Source: a virus
Taxonomy: Duplodnaviria > Heunggongvirae > Uroviricota > Caudoviricetes
Virus record (IMG/VR): IMGVR_UViG_642973540_000001
DNA: 64,000 nt
Strand: one strand, 5' to 3'
A program made the position numbers and the translations under genes. The notes under the pieces were generated by a model. That model saw only the letters and a program-made list of their open reading frames with translations. It was not told where the DNA came from and made no database searches. This document shows positions 6,030 through 17,077 of the stretch, in pieces (the stretch's first letter is position 1; each line of letters starts with the position of its first letter).

Positions 6030-7634
6030 ATGAACCTTACCGAAGTTAAACAGCAGCGTCTGAGGGACGTACAGGACGTTTTAGCGGGTAACCTGAGACT
6101 TGAACCAAGTGTTATCAAGATGCTTGCCAAGTACGGTAAACCTGTTGAAAAGCTATTGCCGTCACAAATTCTGACGCTGAGAAAATATACAGTCGAAGAA
6201 GTCGAACTTCTGATGAAGTTGCTGACGAACAAGAAGTTTATCGCTCCACAGCCCGGCTCTCAGGAAACCTTGCTGAACACCACAACAGACATTACACTGT
6301 ATGGTGGTGCTGCTGGTTCCGGTAAGACTGTGGCTATTCTGATGGATGCTCTTCAGCACAAAGACGACCCCAACTACTATGCAGTCTTCTTCCGAAAGAA
6401 CACAACGCAGCTTTCTGGTGGCTTGTGGCCTGCTGCGAAGAAACTTTACGGCATGTTTGGTGGTGTTCCTCATGAACAGAAAATGATTATCCAGTTCCCT
6501 TCTGGAGCGACTATCAAGTTCTCGTACATGGAGTTGGAAAAACACGCAGAAGCCCATCAGGGTATCGAATACTCAGCTATCTATTGGGATGAGTTCACAC
6601 ACTTCTCTCAGAGTCAGGTTGACTATCTGATGACCCGTATGCGTTCTGGTGCAGATGGTGACTCGTACATGAAATGTTCGATGAACCCCGAAAGAGACCA
6701 CTTTGTGTACTCATGGGTTGAGCCATTCCTTGATGAAGAGGGCTATCCAGATAATGAGAAGTGTGGTAGAACACGCTGGTTCGTTATTCAGGAAGGTGTC
6801 ATGTATTCAGATTGGGAAAGAGATGAGATTCTCAAACAGTTCCCTCTGGAGATTCCTCAAACCTACACATTTGTTTCTGGTACAATTGATGATAATCCAA
6901 TTCTGGACTTTATCGAACCGAAATATCGTGGTAGACTTGAAAACAATACACCTATCAACGTAGCTCGTCTGCGTTATGGTAACTGGAAAGCACGTGCTGA
7001 AGGTTCAAGTTATTTTGACAGAAGATGGTGTGAGATTGTAGAATCTGTTGACGAACCAGCCACACGTGTGAGAGCATGGGACTTGGCTGCTACATTACCA
7101 TCTGAACTTAACCCTGACCCTGACTGGACAGCAGGTGTTAAAATGGCTAAAGGGCAGAAGACTGGAACATTCTACGTTGAACACGTAAAACGATTCAGAG
7201 ACCGTCCAGCAGGAGTTGAAGAAGGAATTCTTGACACTGCACGGTTTGATACTGCTAAGGTTGAAATCTTCATCCCACAAGACCCAGGCGCAGCAGGTAA
7301 ATCATACGCTTCCGGTTTAATCCGCAAACTTGCATTAGCTGGTTTCAGAGCAAGAGCAAGAACGACTAACAAGGACAAGGTTACACGCTTTGCCCCGTTC
7401 TCTGCTATGGCTGAATCAGGACACGTCAAGGTTGTGAGAGGTGATTGGAACGATGCCTATTTCACAGAGCTTGAGGGCTTCACAGGCGATGGTAAACGCA
7501 AGGATGACCAAGTGGATGCCACCAGTGATGCTTTCCAAAGCCTCAACAGTAAAAGTGTATTGAAAGTCCCTTCAATGGATAACTCTCTGAACATGATGAG
7601 AGATAACCCGTTCGCTGGTATTAAAACCGTGTAG
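6030..7634 (+). CDS. terL: terminase large subunit
   Basis: Walker A YGGAAGSGKT, Walker B IYWDEF, C-terminal nuclease region; 534 aa. Confidence 0.9.
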   Translation: MNLTEVKQQRLRDVQDVLAGNLRLEPSVIKMLAKYGKPVEKLLPSQILTLRKYTVEEVELLMKLLTNKKFIAPQPGSQETLLNTTTDITLYGGAAGSGKTVAILMDALQHKDDPNYYAVFFRKNTTQLSGGLWPAAKKLYGMFGGVPHEQKMIIQFPSGATIKFSYMELEKHAEAHQGIEYSAIYWDEFTHFSQSQVDYLMTRMRSGADGDSYMKCSMNPERDHFVYSWVEPFLDEEGYPDNEKCGRTRWFVIQEGVMYSDWERDEILKQFPLEIPQTYTFVSGTIDDNPILDFIEPKYRGRLENNTPINVARLRYGNWKARAEGSSYFDRRWCEIVESVDEPATRVRAWDLAATLPSELNPDPDWTAGVKMAKGQKTGTFYVEHVKRFRDRPAGVEEGILDTARFDTAKVEIFIPQDPGAAGKSYASGLIRKLALAGFRARARTTNKDKVTRFAPFSAMAESGHVKVVRGDWNDAYFTELEGFTGDGKRKDDQVDATSDAFQSLNSKSVLKVPSMDNSLNMMRDNPFAGIKTV

Positions 7635-7639
7635 GAATA

Positions 7640-9088
7640 ATGACAATGGCTCAGAATGAAATTAATCCACCTCTGCCAGCCTTTCAAAAAGACGAGATGG
7701 GGTCTCTTGGACTCAAGGTAATCTCAGGTCGTCTGTTTGAAGAGCCACGTAGAAATCTCAGATTCCCTGAGAGTATCAAGACATTCCAGATTATGATGCG
7801 TGACCCTGCAATTGCAGCTTCAATTAACATTTTGAAGACTTTGGTCAGAAGAGTCAACTGGCGTTTCGATGCTCCAGAGGGATTTGATGCAAAGGACTAT
7901 GAGGAACGTATCAAGTTCTTTGAAACGCTGAAAGGCGATATGGACGTTGAGTGGGGTGACTTCATCAACTCAATTATGTCTATGTGCGTTTACGGATTCA
8001 GCCTCCATGAGAAGGTTTACAAGGTTCGTAAAGGCAAAAAGGGTAAGTACCCATCACGTTACAATGACAAACTGATTGGTTGGGCTAAACTCCCTATCCG
8101 TAGTCAGACAACTATCGACAAGTGGATTTTCGATGATGAAAACCGTGAGTTGATTGGTGCTCGTCAGAACTTGGGTCTTATTCCACACCTTGCAGGTTCA
8201 ACTGTCAAGAACTTCATTGAACTGCCACGCTCCAAATTCATGCTTTTCCGCTATGATGATGAGATTGGTAACCCTGAAGGTCGCTCACCGTTGCTGAACG
8301 CTTATGTGCCGTGGAAATACAAGGTGCAGATTGAAGAGTTCGAGGCAATGGGCGTGAGTCGAGATTTGGTTGGTATGCCTATGATTGGTCTTCCACCTGA
8401 ATATCTGGACAGAGATGCAGACCCTGAAAAGAAAGCCTTTGCAGCTTACTGTCAGAATATCATCAACGACATTAACGCCAACAACCGTGCTGGACTTCTG
8501 TTCCCACGTATGATTGACCCTGAATCGAAGATGGATATGTTCGAGTTCAAGCTGGTCAGTAAACAAGGTGCTAAGTCGTACAACACTGATGAAATCATTG
8601 ACAGATATTCAAAACAGATTATGATGTCATTCATGTCAGACGTTCTGGCAATGGGACAGAGTAAGTATGGTTCATACAGCTTGGCAGACTCGAAGACAAG
8701 TCTTCTTGCAATGTCAGTTGAAACCATTCTGCGTCAGATTCAAAACGTAATCAACAAAGATTTGATTCCTCAGACTTACTCACTCAACCAGTGGGATGAT
8801 GAAGAGCATGTACGAATCGTCTTTGAAGACATCGAGAAACCTGACCTTGAAAACATCGCTGCTTTCATCCAACGTTGTATCTCTGTAGGTGCAATGGAAG
8901 TTGATAAGAGCATGTCAACATATCTGCGTGGTCTTCTTGGTCTTCCTGAAGCTGATGAATCGGCTCCGGTATCTGAAAAGCTGTCTCCTAACAGCCAATC
9001 AAAAGCTGGTGAAGGTTACAAAACATCAGGTGAAGGGACAGCAAAGAGTCCATCAGGTCGTGATGAATCCGTTGCACGAAAAGGGTAA
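7640..9088 (+). CDS. portal protein
   Basis: 482 aa immediately after terL; synteny. Confidence 0.75.
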   Translation: MTMAQNEINPPLPAFQKDEMGSLGLKVISGRLFEEPRRNLRFPESIKTFQIMMRDPAIAASINILKTLVRRVNWRFDAPEGFDAKDYEERIKFFETLKGDMDVEWGDFINSIMSMCVYGFSLHEKVYKVRKGKKGKYPSRYNDKLIGWAKLPIRSQTTIDKWIFDDENRELIGARQNLGLIPHLAGSTVKNFIELPRSKFMLFRYDDEIGNPEGRSPLLNAYVPWKYKVQIEEFEAMGVSRDLVGMPMIGLPPEYLDRDADPEKKAFAAYCQNIINDINANNRAGLLFPRMIDPESKMDMFEFKLVSKQGAKSYNTDEIIDRYSKQIMMSFMSDVLAMGQSKYGSYSLADSKTSLLAMSVETILRQIQNVINKDLIPQTYSLNQWDDEEHVRIVFEDIEKPDLENIAAFIQRCISVGAMEVDKSMSTYLRGLLGLPEADESAPVSEKLSPNSQSKAGEGYKTSGEGTAKSPSGRDESVARKG

Positions 9089-9094
9089 TCGCTA

Positions 9095-9589
9095 ATGGCA
9101 GAAGATACCTTGACACTCAGCTTTAAAGTTCGTGTGTCAGACTATCGCCAAGAGCAATCATCAGAATCTGGTCAGTTGACTGTGAGTCAAGGAGTAAATA
9201 TCTTTGGCTCCGGTCAGACTGATGGGAAGAGTGGACAGATTACTTTATGCAGACATACTGACGTTTCATTGGCTGGTGAGGACTTTATCAGAGGTTCTTA
9301 TCATCCAGTGGTCAGTTTCCCATTTGGGAGTGCTATGAAGTTATCTTTCCAACTGTATGATTGTAAAGGTAAAAAGCTGGATGCACAGACCTTATCTGCT
9401 GCATACATCGCAATTGGTGAGTTGTCACACCCCGCTACTCTCAACTCAGATGGGACTATTTCATACTTATTTTTGAAAAGTGATTATAAAGTGCTTGTCA
9501 AAGGTCAGATTTATGATACAGTGTTATCTGTAGTGGATAGTCAAGGGAACAACTCAATCGTTTCCAAACAACTTATAAGGTTGGATTAA
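9095..9589 (+). CDS. hypothetical head-module protein
   Basis: ORF track, coupled to portal stop. Confidence 0.55.
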   Translation: MAEDTLTLSFKVRVSDYRQEQSSESGQLTVSQGVNIFGSGQTDGKSGQITLCRHTDVSLAGEDFIRGSYHPVVSFPFGSAMKLSFQLYDCKGKKLDAQTLSAAYIAIGELSHPATLNSDGTISYLFLKSDYKVLVKGQIYDTVLSVVDSQGNNSIVSKQLIRLD

Positions 9590-9921
9590 TGGCGCTAACC
9601 ACTTTCGCTAAAAATCTCATGTTGAGTGCTTTACCATCTCAGATGAAAGTCGCTCTTCATTCCTCAGACCCTTCGCCTGACCCTACAGCAAATATGGTCA
9701 CTTCGAAAATGGCAATCGTCTTTGGAACTGCACAAAACGGTCTGATTGCATCACAGGATTCAGTTATTTTTCAAATTCCTGCAAATTCTACGATTTCCCA
9801 CTTTACAATCTGGGATTCAAGTGATAGACTTGTTTTAAATGGTGAGTTAAACACTCCTGAGTTCTACGTTCAGGCTGGTGTGTACACTCTAAACGCTATC
9901 TCAATTGATTTGAACACATGA
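9589..9921 (+). CDS. hypothetical head-module protein
   Basis: ORF track, ATGA-type overlap with previous gene. Confidence 0.5.
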   Translation: MALTTFAKNLMLSALPSQMKVALHSSDPSPDPTANMVTSKMAIVFGTAQNGLIASQDSVIFQIPANSTISHFTIWDSSDRLVLNGELNTPEFYVQAGVYTLNAISIDLNT

Positions 9922-9928
9922 GGTCTGA

Positions 9929-11299
9929 ATGTCACATCAACTGTTCAGACTGGCGGCTCAAATTCAAAATAAACCCCTGTTAGCCACTGAGGATTTGGCT
10001 GCATCTGTAATGCTGTATATTAATCAGCGTATCTCAGGTGCTGTTGACCCAATGGCTGCTGTCAATGTCAAACCTGTCACAGGTCAAGCAGAACAATACG
10101 CATCTACCGTTCAAGACGGTGTAGCATTCCTGAACGTGTTCGGGGCGCTTTCACATCGTATGTCCGGTATTGAAGCTATGTGTACTGGTGGTCTGTCTTC
10201 TTATCAGGGATTGACAAGAGCATTCGATGAAGCTGTTGCTGACGCATCAGTTGACAAGATTGTTCTGATGATTGATTCAGGTGGTGGTGAAGCTGCTGGT
10301 TGTTTCGAACTTGCAAGACACATTAAAGAACACTCTAACGGTAAACCCGTTATCGCTTATGTCGATGAAAGAGCATGTTCAGCCGCGTATGCGCTGGCTT
10401 GTGCAGCAAGTGAAATTTACGCATCTCCTAATGCTGACGTTGGTTCAATTGGTGTAATCGTTATTCACCAAGAGTTCTCAAAAGCAATGGAGAAAGCAGG
10501 TGTCCAAACCAACATCATCAAAGCTGGTGAAGTTAAAGGTATGGGTAACCCATTCGAACCATTGTCTGACCAAGCTAAAGACTTGATTCAGAAATCGGTC
10601 GATAACTCTTACACTTCTTTTGTCAACCTCGTATCAAGTTCTCGCGGTATCTCTGCGGAAGCTGTTAAAGATACTGGTGCAAGAGTTTATGGAGCACAAG
10701 AGGCTCTTTCACTCAAGCTGATTGACGGCATCAAGACAACCGACGAATTCAAAGATTACCTCTTTGGTGGAAACGGTGCAAGTCTTAATGTTCCAAATCA
10801 ACCAGCGATTCAACAGGCTAACTCCGAGGAATTAGAAATGGATGCCGAAAAAGAAAAGGCTTATCAGGAACAGATTGCGGCTCTTCAGGCTCAGATTAAT
10901 CAGGGAGCAGACGCAAAGCTGCTTGATACCATGAAGCCACATGCAGACTCAATCGGTTTCGATGCTCAAATGGCTGTAGACACTATCAAGGCTCTTGGGT
11001 CTGAAAGTGATGCTGCTAAGTTTATGACTTCTGTTATCCATGCAGCGTCTGCCAAGATTGAAAGCGTTCAGGCTGAAGCCTCAGAGCGTATTGCAACCCT
11101 TGAAGCAGAAGTTGAGCAGACTCATGCTAAAGCTCTTGAAGCTCTTGAATCAAGTGCAGCAATGAATGAATCTGGTAAGGGTGGAGAAGCTCCAGTTCAG
11201 GAACCTGAACAGAACGCTGAACAGGCTGATGCTGATAAGAAAGCTGAAGCTCGCTCACAGGCTCTCGCAGCAGCGATTGCACAACTTAACAAAAACTGA
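9929..11299 (+). CDS. prohead protease (S49/SppA-ClpP fold) fused to C-terminal scaffold-like coiled coil
   Basis: MIDSGGGEAAG...ERACSAAYALACAASEIYASPNADVGSIGV motifs; Ala/Glu-rich helical C-terminus. Confidence 0.8.
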   Translation: MSHQLFRLAAQIQNKPLLATEDLAASVMLYINQRISGAVDPMAAVNVKPVTGQAEQYASTVQDGVAFLNVFGALSHRMSGIEAMCTGGLSSYQGLTRAFDEAVADASVDKIVLMIDSGGGEAAGCFELARHIKEHSNGKPVIAYVDERACSAAYALACAASEIYASPNADVGSIGVIVIHQEFSKAMEKAGVQTNIIKAGEVKGMGNPFEPLSDQAKDLIQKSVDNSYTSFVNLVSSSRGISAEAVKDTGARVYGAQEALSLKLIDGIKTTDEFKDYLFGGNGASLNVPNQPAIQQANSEELEMDAEKEKAYQEQIAALQAQINQGADAKLLDTMKPHADSIGFDAQMAVDTIKALGSESDAAKFMTSVIHAASAKIESVQAEASERIATLEAEVEQTHAKALEALESSAAMNESGKGGEAPVQEPEQNAEQADADKKAEARSQALAAAIAQLNKN

Positions 11300-11310
11300 G
11301 GAATACAATA

Positions 11311-11682
11311 ATGGCTTACGCTGGCTACATTAAAACTGGTACACGCGAAAAGTTGATGGACATCGTACTGTGGGAACAGATTTCTTCAAATGGCTTTAGC
11401 CGTGAATCTGTCGCACCTGCTGATGGTGTTGATTACGAAATCGGTGACCTTCTGAAGAGTGACGGTACTAAAGCTACCGCTGCTGGTGACATCTACGGTG
11501 TCTGCCTGAACAACTTCAAAGCTGCTGTTGGTCTGACTACTTCTGGTCAGGTGAACATCACCATGATTGTTCGTGAAGCAGAACTGAAATCAGGTGGAAT
11601 CAATCTGAATGGTATGACTGAAGCTGCTGTGGCAACCGCCCTGAAAGCTAAGGGTATCATCCTTGTTCCAACTGGTAAATAA
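11311..11682 (+). CDS. putative head decoration protein
   Basis: 123 aa between protease and capsid gene. Confidence 0.5.
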   Translation: MAYAGYIKTGTREKLMDIVLWEQISSNGFSRESVAPADGVDYEIGDLLKSDGTKATAAGDIYGVCLNNFKAAVGLTTSGQVNITMIVREAELKSGGINLNGMTEAAVATALKAKGIILVPTGK

Positions 11683-11704
11683 TTCTTTTTGAGAGGAAAT
11701 CAAA

Positions 11705-12811
11705 ATGTCTTTAACTCTTGCAAATGGCTCTCGCTTTCTGTTGGCTGACCTGACAGGCGATATTGCTAACATCCCTAACACTTACGGTTATGTCAACCAG
11801 CTTGACCTGTTCCGCTCAGTACCAACTTCTCAGACTTCTGTTCTGTTGGACATCACTGACTACGGTATCAGTCTGCTTGACCCTGTTGACCGTGATACTC
11901 GTAACGCTGAATCAAGTGCTCCAGAGTCACTTCGTCAGGTTGCGTTCCCACTGATTTACTTCAAGCACATTGAGTCAATCACACCTGAACAGGTGCAGGG
12001 AATCCGTCAGGCAGGTACTGCTGCTGAACTGACTACTGAAGCTATGGTTCGTGCTCGTAAGCTCCAGAAAATCCGTATGACTCACGACATTACTAAAGAG
12101 TTCTTGCTGATGCAAGCACTGAAAGGTAAAGTTGTCGATTCTAAAGGTTTCCTTTGGGCTGACATGTACCAGACCTTCGGCGTTGAGAAGAAGACTGTGT
12201 ACTTCGACCTTGAAAACCCTGATGCAGACATCGACGGTGCTATCGACGAACTGGTTGAGCACATGGAAGACACCGCTAACACTGGTGGTCTGACTAACGG
12301 CGAACAGATTATCGTTCTGGTTGACCGTGCGTTCTTCCGTAAGTTGACTGGTCATGCTAAAGTACGTGAAGCGTACATGGCGCAACAGGCAGTCTCTTCA
12401 TACGGTCTGATTACTGGTTCTCTGAAGACTGGTCGTTCAGATGGTGTTGCTACAGCGACTAACGAGTTCCCGTACCGTGGCGTTGTTTTCCGTCAGTACA
12501 ACGGTAAGTTCACTGACAAGCGTAACACTGTTCACAAGCTGGTTGGTATCAACGGCGTTGAAGATTCTGTTGGTGTTGGTCATGCGTTCCCTAACACTGC
12601 GATGTTGGGTGAAGCGAACGACCTGTACCAGATTTCATACGGCCCTGCTAACAAGATGGGTTACGTGAATACTCTTGGTCAGGACTTGTACGTGTTCGAA
12701 TACGCTAAAGACCGTGACGAAGGTACTGATTTCGAGGCTCATTCTTACATGATGCCAATCTGTACTCGTCCACAGTTGCTGGTCGATGTTCGCGCTGACA
12801 AGGCAAGCTAA
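11705..12811 (+). CDS. major capsid protein
   Basis: 368 aa after protease/scaffold; strong SD; synteny. Confidence 0.7.
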   Translation: MSLTLANGSRFLLADLTGDIANIPNTYGYVNQLDLFRSVPTSQTSVLLDITDYGISLLDPVDRDTRNAESSAPESLRQVAFPLIYFKHIESITPEQVQGIRQAGTAAELTTEAMVRARKLQKIRMTHDITKEFLLMQALKGKVVDSKGFLWADMYQTFGVEKKTVYFDLENPDADIDGAIDELVEHMEDTANTGGLTNGEQIIVLVDRAFFRKLTGHAKVREAYMAQQAVSSYGLITGSLKTGRSDGVATATNEFPYRGVVFRQYNGKFTDKRNTVHKLVGINGVEDSVGVGHAFPNTAMLGEANDLYQISYGPANKMGYVNTLGQDLYVFEYAKDRDEGTDFEAHSYMMPICTRPQLLVDVRADKAS

Positions 12812-12830
12812 GACTCTTCAGGAGGGTTAA

Positions 12831-13298
12831 ATGTATACGGGTAACCCAAGCACTAACCCTCTTGACAGAATCAGAATTCTTTGCACAGACACCGATAATG
12901 ATGACCTCATGATTGATGATTCTGTGCTGGAATTCTTCTATGTATCGAACGATAAGAACGAACGTAGAGCGGCTATTCAAGCACTTCGCTACATCTTAAT
13001 GCAGTTTGCTAAAATGGCTGACGAGAAAGTTGGTGGTGTCTATGAGCGAAACTCAGACCGCTTCGCCAACTTTAAATCGGCTCTTGACGACTTAGTTAAG
13101 AATGGCATTGTTGGGACACCTTATGCAGGTGGTATCAGCAAATGTGACATTGAATTGAGAAAATGTAATCCCGATTCTGTGAACAAGAGTGTTGAATACG
13201 GTGATGCTTTCAGCTATGGTGACAACCGTTGTGACGATAGGTTCTTTAACGGGAGTCCTAACCGAATGGTTATTGCTTTCGTAGACAAGGAATCATAA
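12831..13298 (+). CDS. head completion/connector protein
   Basis: ORF track; position. Confidence 0.5.
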   Translation: MYTGNPSTNPLDRIRILCTDTDNDDLMIDDSVLEFFYVSNDKNERRAAIQALRYILMQFAKMADEKVGGVYERNSDRFANFKSALDDLVKNGIVGTPYAGGISKCDIELRKCNPDSVNKSVEYGDAFSYGDNRCDDRFFNGSPNRMVIAFVDKES

Positions 13299-13784
13299 AT
13301 GGTAAAACGTGTCATCGGTGAGGGTAGAAATATCCTTATGAAAGCCGTCAAGAACATTGCAAAGTCAACTGTAAAGGTTGGCTTTTTTGCTGAACAAGGC
13401 AAGCACTACTCAGGTTTCTCTTATCCTGCGTTAATGTACCTTCATGAAGTTCATGGTATTCCAGCGTCTAACGGTAAAGTTTATCGTAGAGCGTTTGAAA
13501 CTGCTATGCAGATTGACAGGAAATTACTGATAGCGCAAGCTCAGAAGAATCTAAAACGTATGCTCTCAACAGGGCAGACTAACCCTGACCTCGTACTTTC
13601 TCAATTCGGGAAAGACTCTATCAAGTCTCTTAAAAAGGTCTTTGGTAATCCAAGTCTCCTGCCTCCGAACACACCTTCAACTATTAAATCGAAGGGTGGT
13701 AGAAATACGCCTCTGGTCGATACATCTGACCTTGTTGATAATCTGGCGTATAAGACTTCTAACCGTGGAGGATTGAGGAAATGA
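13299..13784 (+). CDS. head-tail connector protein
   Basis: ORF track; tightly coupled. Confidence 0.5.
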   Translation: MVKRVIGEGRNILMKAVKNIAKSTVKVGFFAEQGKHYSGFSYPALMYLHEVHGIPASNGKVYRRAFETAMQIDRKLLIAQAQKNLKRMLSTGQTNPDLVLSQFGKDSIKSLKKVFGNPSLLPPNTPSTIKSKGGRNTPLVDTSDLVDNLAYKTSNRGGLRK

Positions 13785-14167
13785 GACTACTAAGAAGACA
13801 CACTCTTCAAATTGTGAGAAAGACCTCAGAAGGTTACTACAACGAAAACGGACGTTGGGTTTCTGGTGAGGCATCTGTAACCGTTCCTATCCGAGGCAAT
13901 TTACAGCCTTACAATAACAGCCTTACTCAGAAAGTTCTACCAAAAGGTGTTGTTGCAACTGACGTGAGAATCCTCTATACAGTGGCACAACTCAGAACAT
14001 CTGATGAGGTTGCTTGGACGGAGGCTGACGTTCTCTTGTTGAATGACATTGAGTACGAATGCTTCAGTGTGATGGATTGGTCACAGCAGCTTGCACGAAC
14101 TTCTCACTATGAATATCTTTTCATCCGAAGAGATAAGATTAACCAAGTCCGTAATGCGAGTGAATAA
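13781..14167 (+). CDS. head-tail joining protein
   Basis: ORF track; ATGA overlap. Confidence 0.5.
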   Translation: MRLLRRHTLQIVRKTSEGYYNENGRWVSGEASVTVPIRGNLQPYNNSLTQKVLPKGVVATDVRILYTVAQLRTSDEVAWTEADVLLLNDIEYECFSVMDWSQQLARTSHYEYLFIRRDKINQVRNASE

Positions 14168-14775
14168 TGTCTTTGCTTAATCTCGAACAAATTGAAGACG
14201 GTGTTGTAAAATATGCTGTTGAGACAATTGGACAGTTGCTTGCAAAAGACAAAAACAAAAGACCCTTTGTCATTATTGAGAATCCATCGGACAACTCGAA
14301 TGATAAGGGTTTGAAGCCAGATATGCCATTTGTTTCTGTACGCTCAATCGGCGTCACAACACCTTATGGATTCTTGCTTGATGTTTTTGTTGACGAACAG
14401 GGAAGGACATGCTATCGTATTCCTTTCAAAGTGCAAATAAGAGTTACAGCTACTGGCAAGAACTCTTTTAGCATCATTTCAGACTTCAAGCAACGTCTTG
14501 AAATCTCATCACTTCGCGCACGTCTTACAGAATATACTGGTGGAGCAATCCTTGTTGACTCTGGTCAGATGCCGCAAAACTTTGACATGCTTCAAACAGA
14601 CTATGAGCCGTCTACTCCGCTTATTCTTGAATTAGCTGTGGATTCGATTCTGGTTGACTATGATTCAGGTGTCATTGAAAGAGTTATTGCAGACGGTGTT
14701 CTTCATTACGGTGAAGGTGATACCCAAGCTGTAGCTATCCATTTAGACGAACATACCCAAGATTATCGGGAGTAA
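14167..14775 (+). CDS. tail completion protein
   Basis: ORF track; precedes sheath gene. Confidence 0.5.
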   Translation: MSLLNLEQIEDGVVKYAVETIGQLLAKDKNKRPFVIIENPSDNSNDKGLKPDMPFVSVRSIGVTTPYGFLLDVFVDEQGRTCYRIPFKVQIRVTATGKNSFSIISDFKQRLEISSLRARLTEYTGGAILVDSGQMPQNFDMLQTDYEPSTPLILELAVDSILVDYDSGVIERVIADGVLHYGEGDTQAVAIHLDEHTQDYRE

Positions 14776-14779
14776 TAAA

Positions 14780-16138
14780 ATGGCTTACACTCCAATTGTA
14801 AACGTGGACATTACACTGAACACAACTGGCTCTACACGTGAAGGTTTCGGTCTTCCATTGTTCCTTGCGGGGCATGATGCGTTTGAAGAGCGTGTTCGTG
14901 GTTACACATCTCTGAGTGAACTCGGTGAAGACTTCACCTCAGACTCCGCAGTGTATGCGGCTGCACAGGCTCTTTGGGCGCAAACTCCAAAGGTAACTCA
15001 ACTGTACATCGGTCGTCGTAACTTGCAGTATTCTCTGGCAATCCCAACTATCGGTTCTGCTGGTGACAACTACACGTTAACTGTGACAACCAATAACGGT
15101 GTGGTTGGTTCATACTCTGCTACTGGCGCAACAAACAGTACGGCTCAGACTATTCTTCAGTCTCTGAAGACAAGTATTGATACCGATACCACTGTTTCAC
15201 CAACTGTGTCAACAACTCTGTCAGGTACTGGTGCTAACGCCGTGTTGCTTATCACTGCTAAGGATGCTGATGTAGACTTTGCACGTGTGACAACTTCAGG
15301 TACTAACATCGTTATCTCTTCAACTGCTTCTGATTCTGCTGAACAGGCTGTTAAGCGTGTTGAAGATTATACTAACGATTGGTACTTCATTGCAACTGAT
15401 GAACGTAACGAAACGTTTGTTAAGGCAATGGCAGCGGCTATTCAGTCTCGTACCAAGTTGTTCTTCACAGCAACCGACTCTACAGCGGCACTGAGTGGTA
15501 CAAACATCAGTTCTGCAACAGACATCGGGGCTTATCTGGCAACTAACAAGATGACTCGTACAGTTCTTGTATGGCATGATGACGCTGAAAGCCAATACCC
15601 TGAAATGGCTTACATCGCTTACGGTGCTCCGTATGATGCAGGTTCTATCGCGTGGGGTAACGCAGTTCTGACAGGTATTGACTACTCTCGTCAGCCTACT
15701 AACAACCGTCCTCTGAACTCTACTCAGAAAGCTGCACTGGAAGCACGTAACACAAACTACGTGGACTATGAAGGTGGTAATAGCGTTATGCGTAGCGGTA
15801 AGACTGTTGGTGGTGAGTGGATTGACATCATGCGTGGTCGTGATTGGTTGGAATCTGACTTGAAATCTTCACTGAGAGACTTGCTTATCAATCAGAAGGG
15901 TGGTAAGATTACTTATGATGACCGTGGTATCACACGTGTTCGTCAGGTGATTGAATCCTCTCTTCAGAGAGCCGTTAACCGTGAGTTCTTGTCTAGCTTC
16001 ACTGTCACAATGCCAAAAGCTGCTGACATTGATGTTGCTGATAAACGTGCTCGTTTACTTCAAGGTGTTAAGTTCAGTGGTATCATCGCTGGCGCAATCT
16101 TGACTGTAAACTTGCAGGGTACTCTTTCTTATGAATAA
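14780..16138 (+). CDS. contractile tail sheath protein (P2 FI-like)
   Basis: 452 aa followed by tube, chaperone, TMP. Confidence 0.7.
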   Translation: MAYTPIVNVDITLNTTGSTREGFGLPLFLAGHDAFEERVRGYTSLSELGEDFTSDSAVYAAAQALWAQTPKVTQLYIGRRNLQYSLAIPTIGSAGDNYTLTVTTNNGVVGSYSATGATNSTAQTILQSLKTSIDTDTTVSPTVSTTLSGTGANAVLLITAKDADVDFARVTTSGTNIVISSTASDSAEQAVKRVEDYTNDWYFIATDERNETFVKAMAAAIQSRTKLFFTATDSTAALSGTNISSATDIGAYLATNKMTRTVLVWHDDAESQYPEMAYIAYGAPYDAGSIAWGNAVLTGIDYSRQPTNNRPLNSTQKAALEARNTNYVDYEGGNSVMRSGKTVGGEWIDIMRGRDWLESDLKSSLRDLLINQKGGKITYDDRGITRVRQVIESSLQRAVNREFLSSFTVTMPKAADIDVADKRARLLQGVKFSGIIAGAILTVNLQGTLSYE

Positions 16139-16153
16139 CGGTGGTAATAAATA

Positions 16154-16609
16154 ATGTCTCTTTTTCAACAGTATTCTCCAAAGGACGTTGTTTGTAGCTG
16201 GAACGGGATTGCAATCACTGGTTTCGCACCTGATTCATTCCTGCGACTGCAAAGAACGTCTGCACTGGTAACTCCAGTGGTCGGAGCGGGTGGGGATGTT
16301 GCCCTGACAAGAAACGCTGATAAGACAGGTACAATCGAAATCGAGTTGATGCAGACTGCGACTTCGAACTTGCGACTTGCGGCTATCTATGCAGAGCAGC
16401 AGTTGATGGAACTGGAAGAGAATATCTCTTCAAACTTCGTAATCTACGACCCATCAGGTTCTGTACTCGCTACAGGGCGTAACGCATGGCTTCAGGAACT
16501 TCCACAGGTTGAGCTTGGTGCTGACCAGAACTCCAAAACTTGGACGTTTGGTTGTGAACACCTTGACTACACTGTGACGATTCCAGCTTCAGGCATTACG
16601 TCTGTTTAA
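16154..16609 (+). CDS. tail tube protein (P2 FII-like)
   Basis: 151 aa after sheath. Confidence 0.65.
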   Translation: MSLFQQYSPKDVVCSWNGIAITGFAPDSFLRLQRTSALVTPVVGAGGDVALTRNADKTGTIEIELMQTATSNLRLAAIYAEQQLMELEENISSNFVIYDPSGSVLATGRNAWLQELPQVELGADQNSKTWTFGCEHLDYTVTIPASGITSV

Positions 16610-16625
16610 CCTTCAAGGGGTCTCT

Positions 16626-16643
16626 AAGGAGGCTCCTTTTTTG
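16626..16643 (+). terminator. weak terminator hairpin AAGG-aggct-CCTT + T6 after tube gene
   Basis: short stem, T-run; likely attenuator. Confidence 0.4.
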
Positions 16644-16666
16644 TTTCTATCTAAGGAAATTTGCAA

Positions 16667-17077
16667 ATGAAAACCGTAAAGAAATCTATCAATGACCGTG
16701 AAGTAAGCATTACCTTACTTGGCCTGAAAGATGGTGTCAATATCTCTCTGAAAATTGCGCGTGTAGCTGCACCTGCTTATGGACAGCTTATTGAAGCGTT
16801 CAGTAAAATCAAAGATGGTAAGAAAGACATCCCGATTAAAGACATCGTTCTGAACTGTCTGGACGCTATGGATGAGATGGACGTGAACTCTGTTCTTGAA
16901 AAACTCTTCGATGGTATGTTGGTCGATGACCGCCCAATGACCCTTGACCAAGCGTTTGCTGGTAACTATGGATTCATGTTGGATTGTGTAATCTTCGCAG
17001 TTGAAAAGAACTTCTCAAGTTTTTTCGAAGCAAGCATTTTCAAAAACCTGTTTTCAGAGTCGGAGATGGAGCAGTAA
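16667..17077 (+). CDS. tail assembly chaperone (gpE/gpG analogue), zero-frame product
   Basis: ATG 16667 with AAGGAAAT SD (track used TTG 16661); between tube and TMP. Confidence 0.6.
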   Translation: MKTVKKSINDREVSITLLGLKDGVNISLKIARVAAPAYGQLIEAFSKIKDGKKDIPIKDIVLNCLDAMDEMDVNSVLEKLFDGMLVDDRPMTLDQAFAGNYGFMLDCVIFAVEKNFSSFFEASIFKNLFSESEMEQ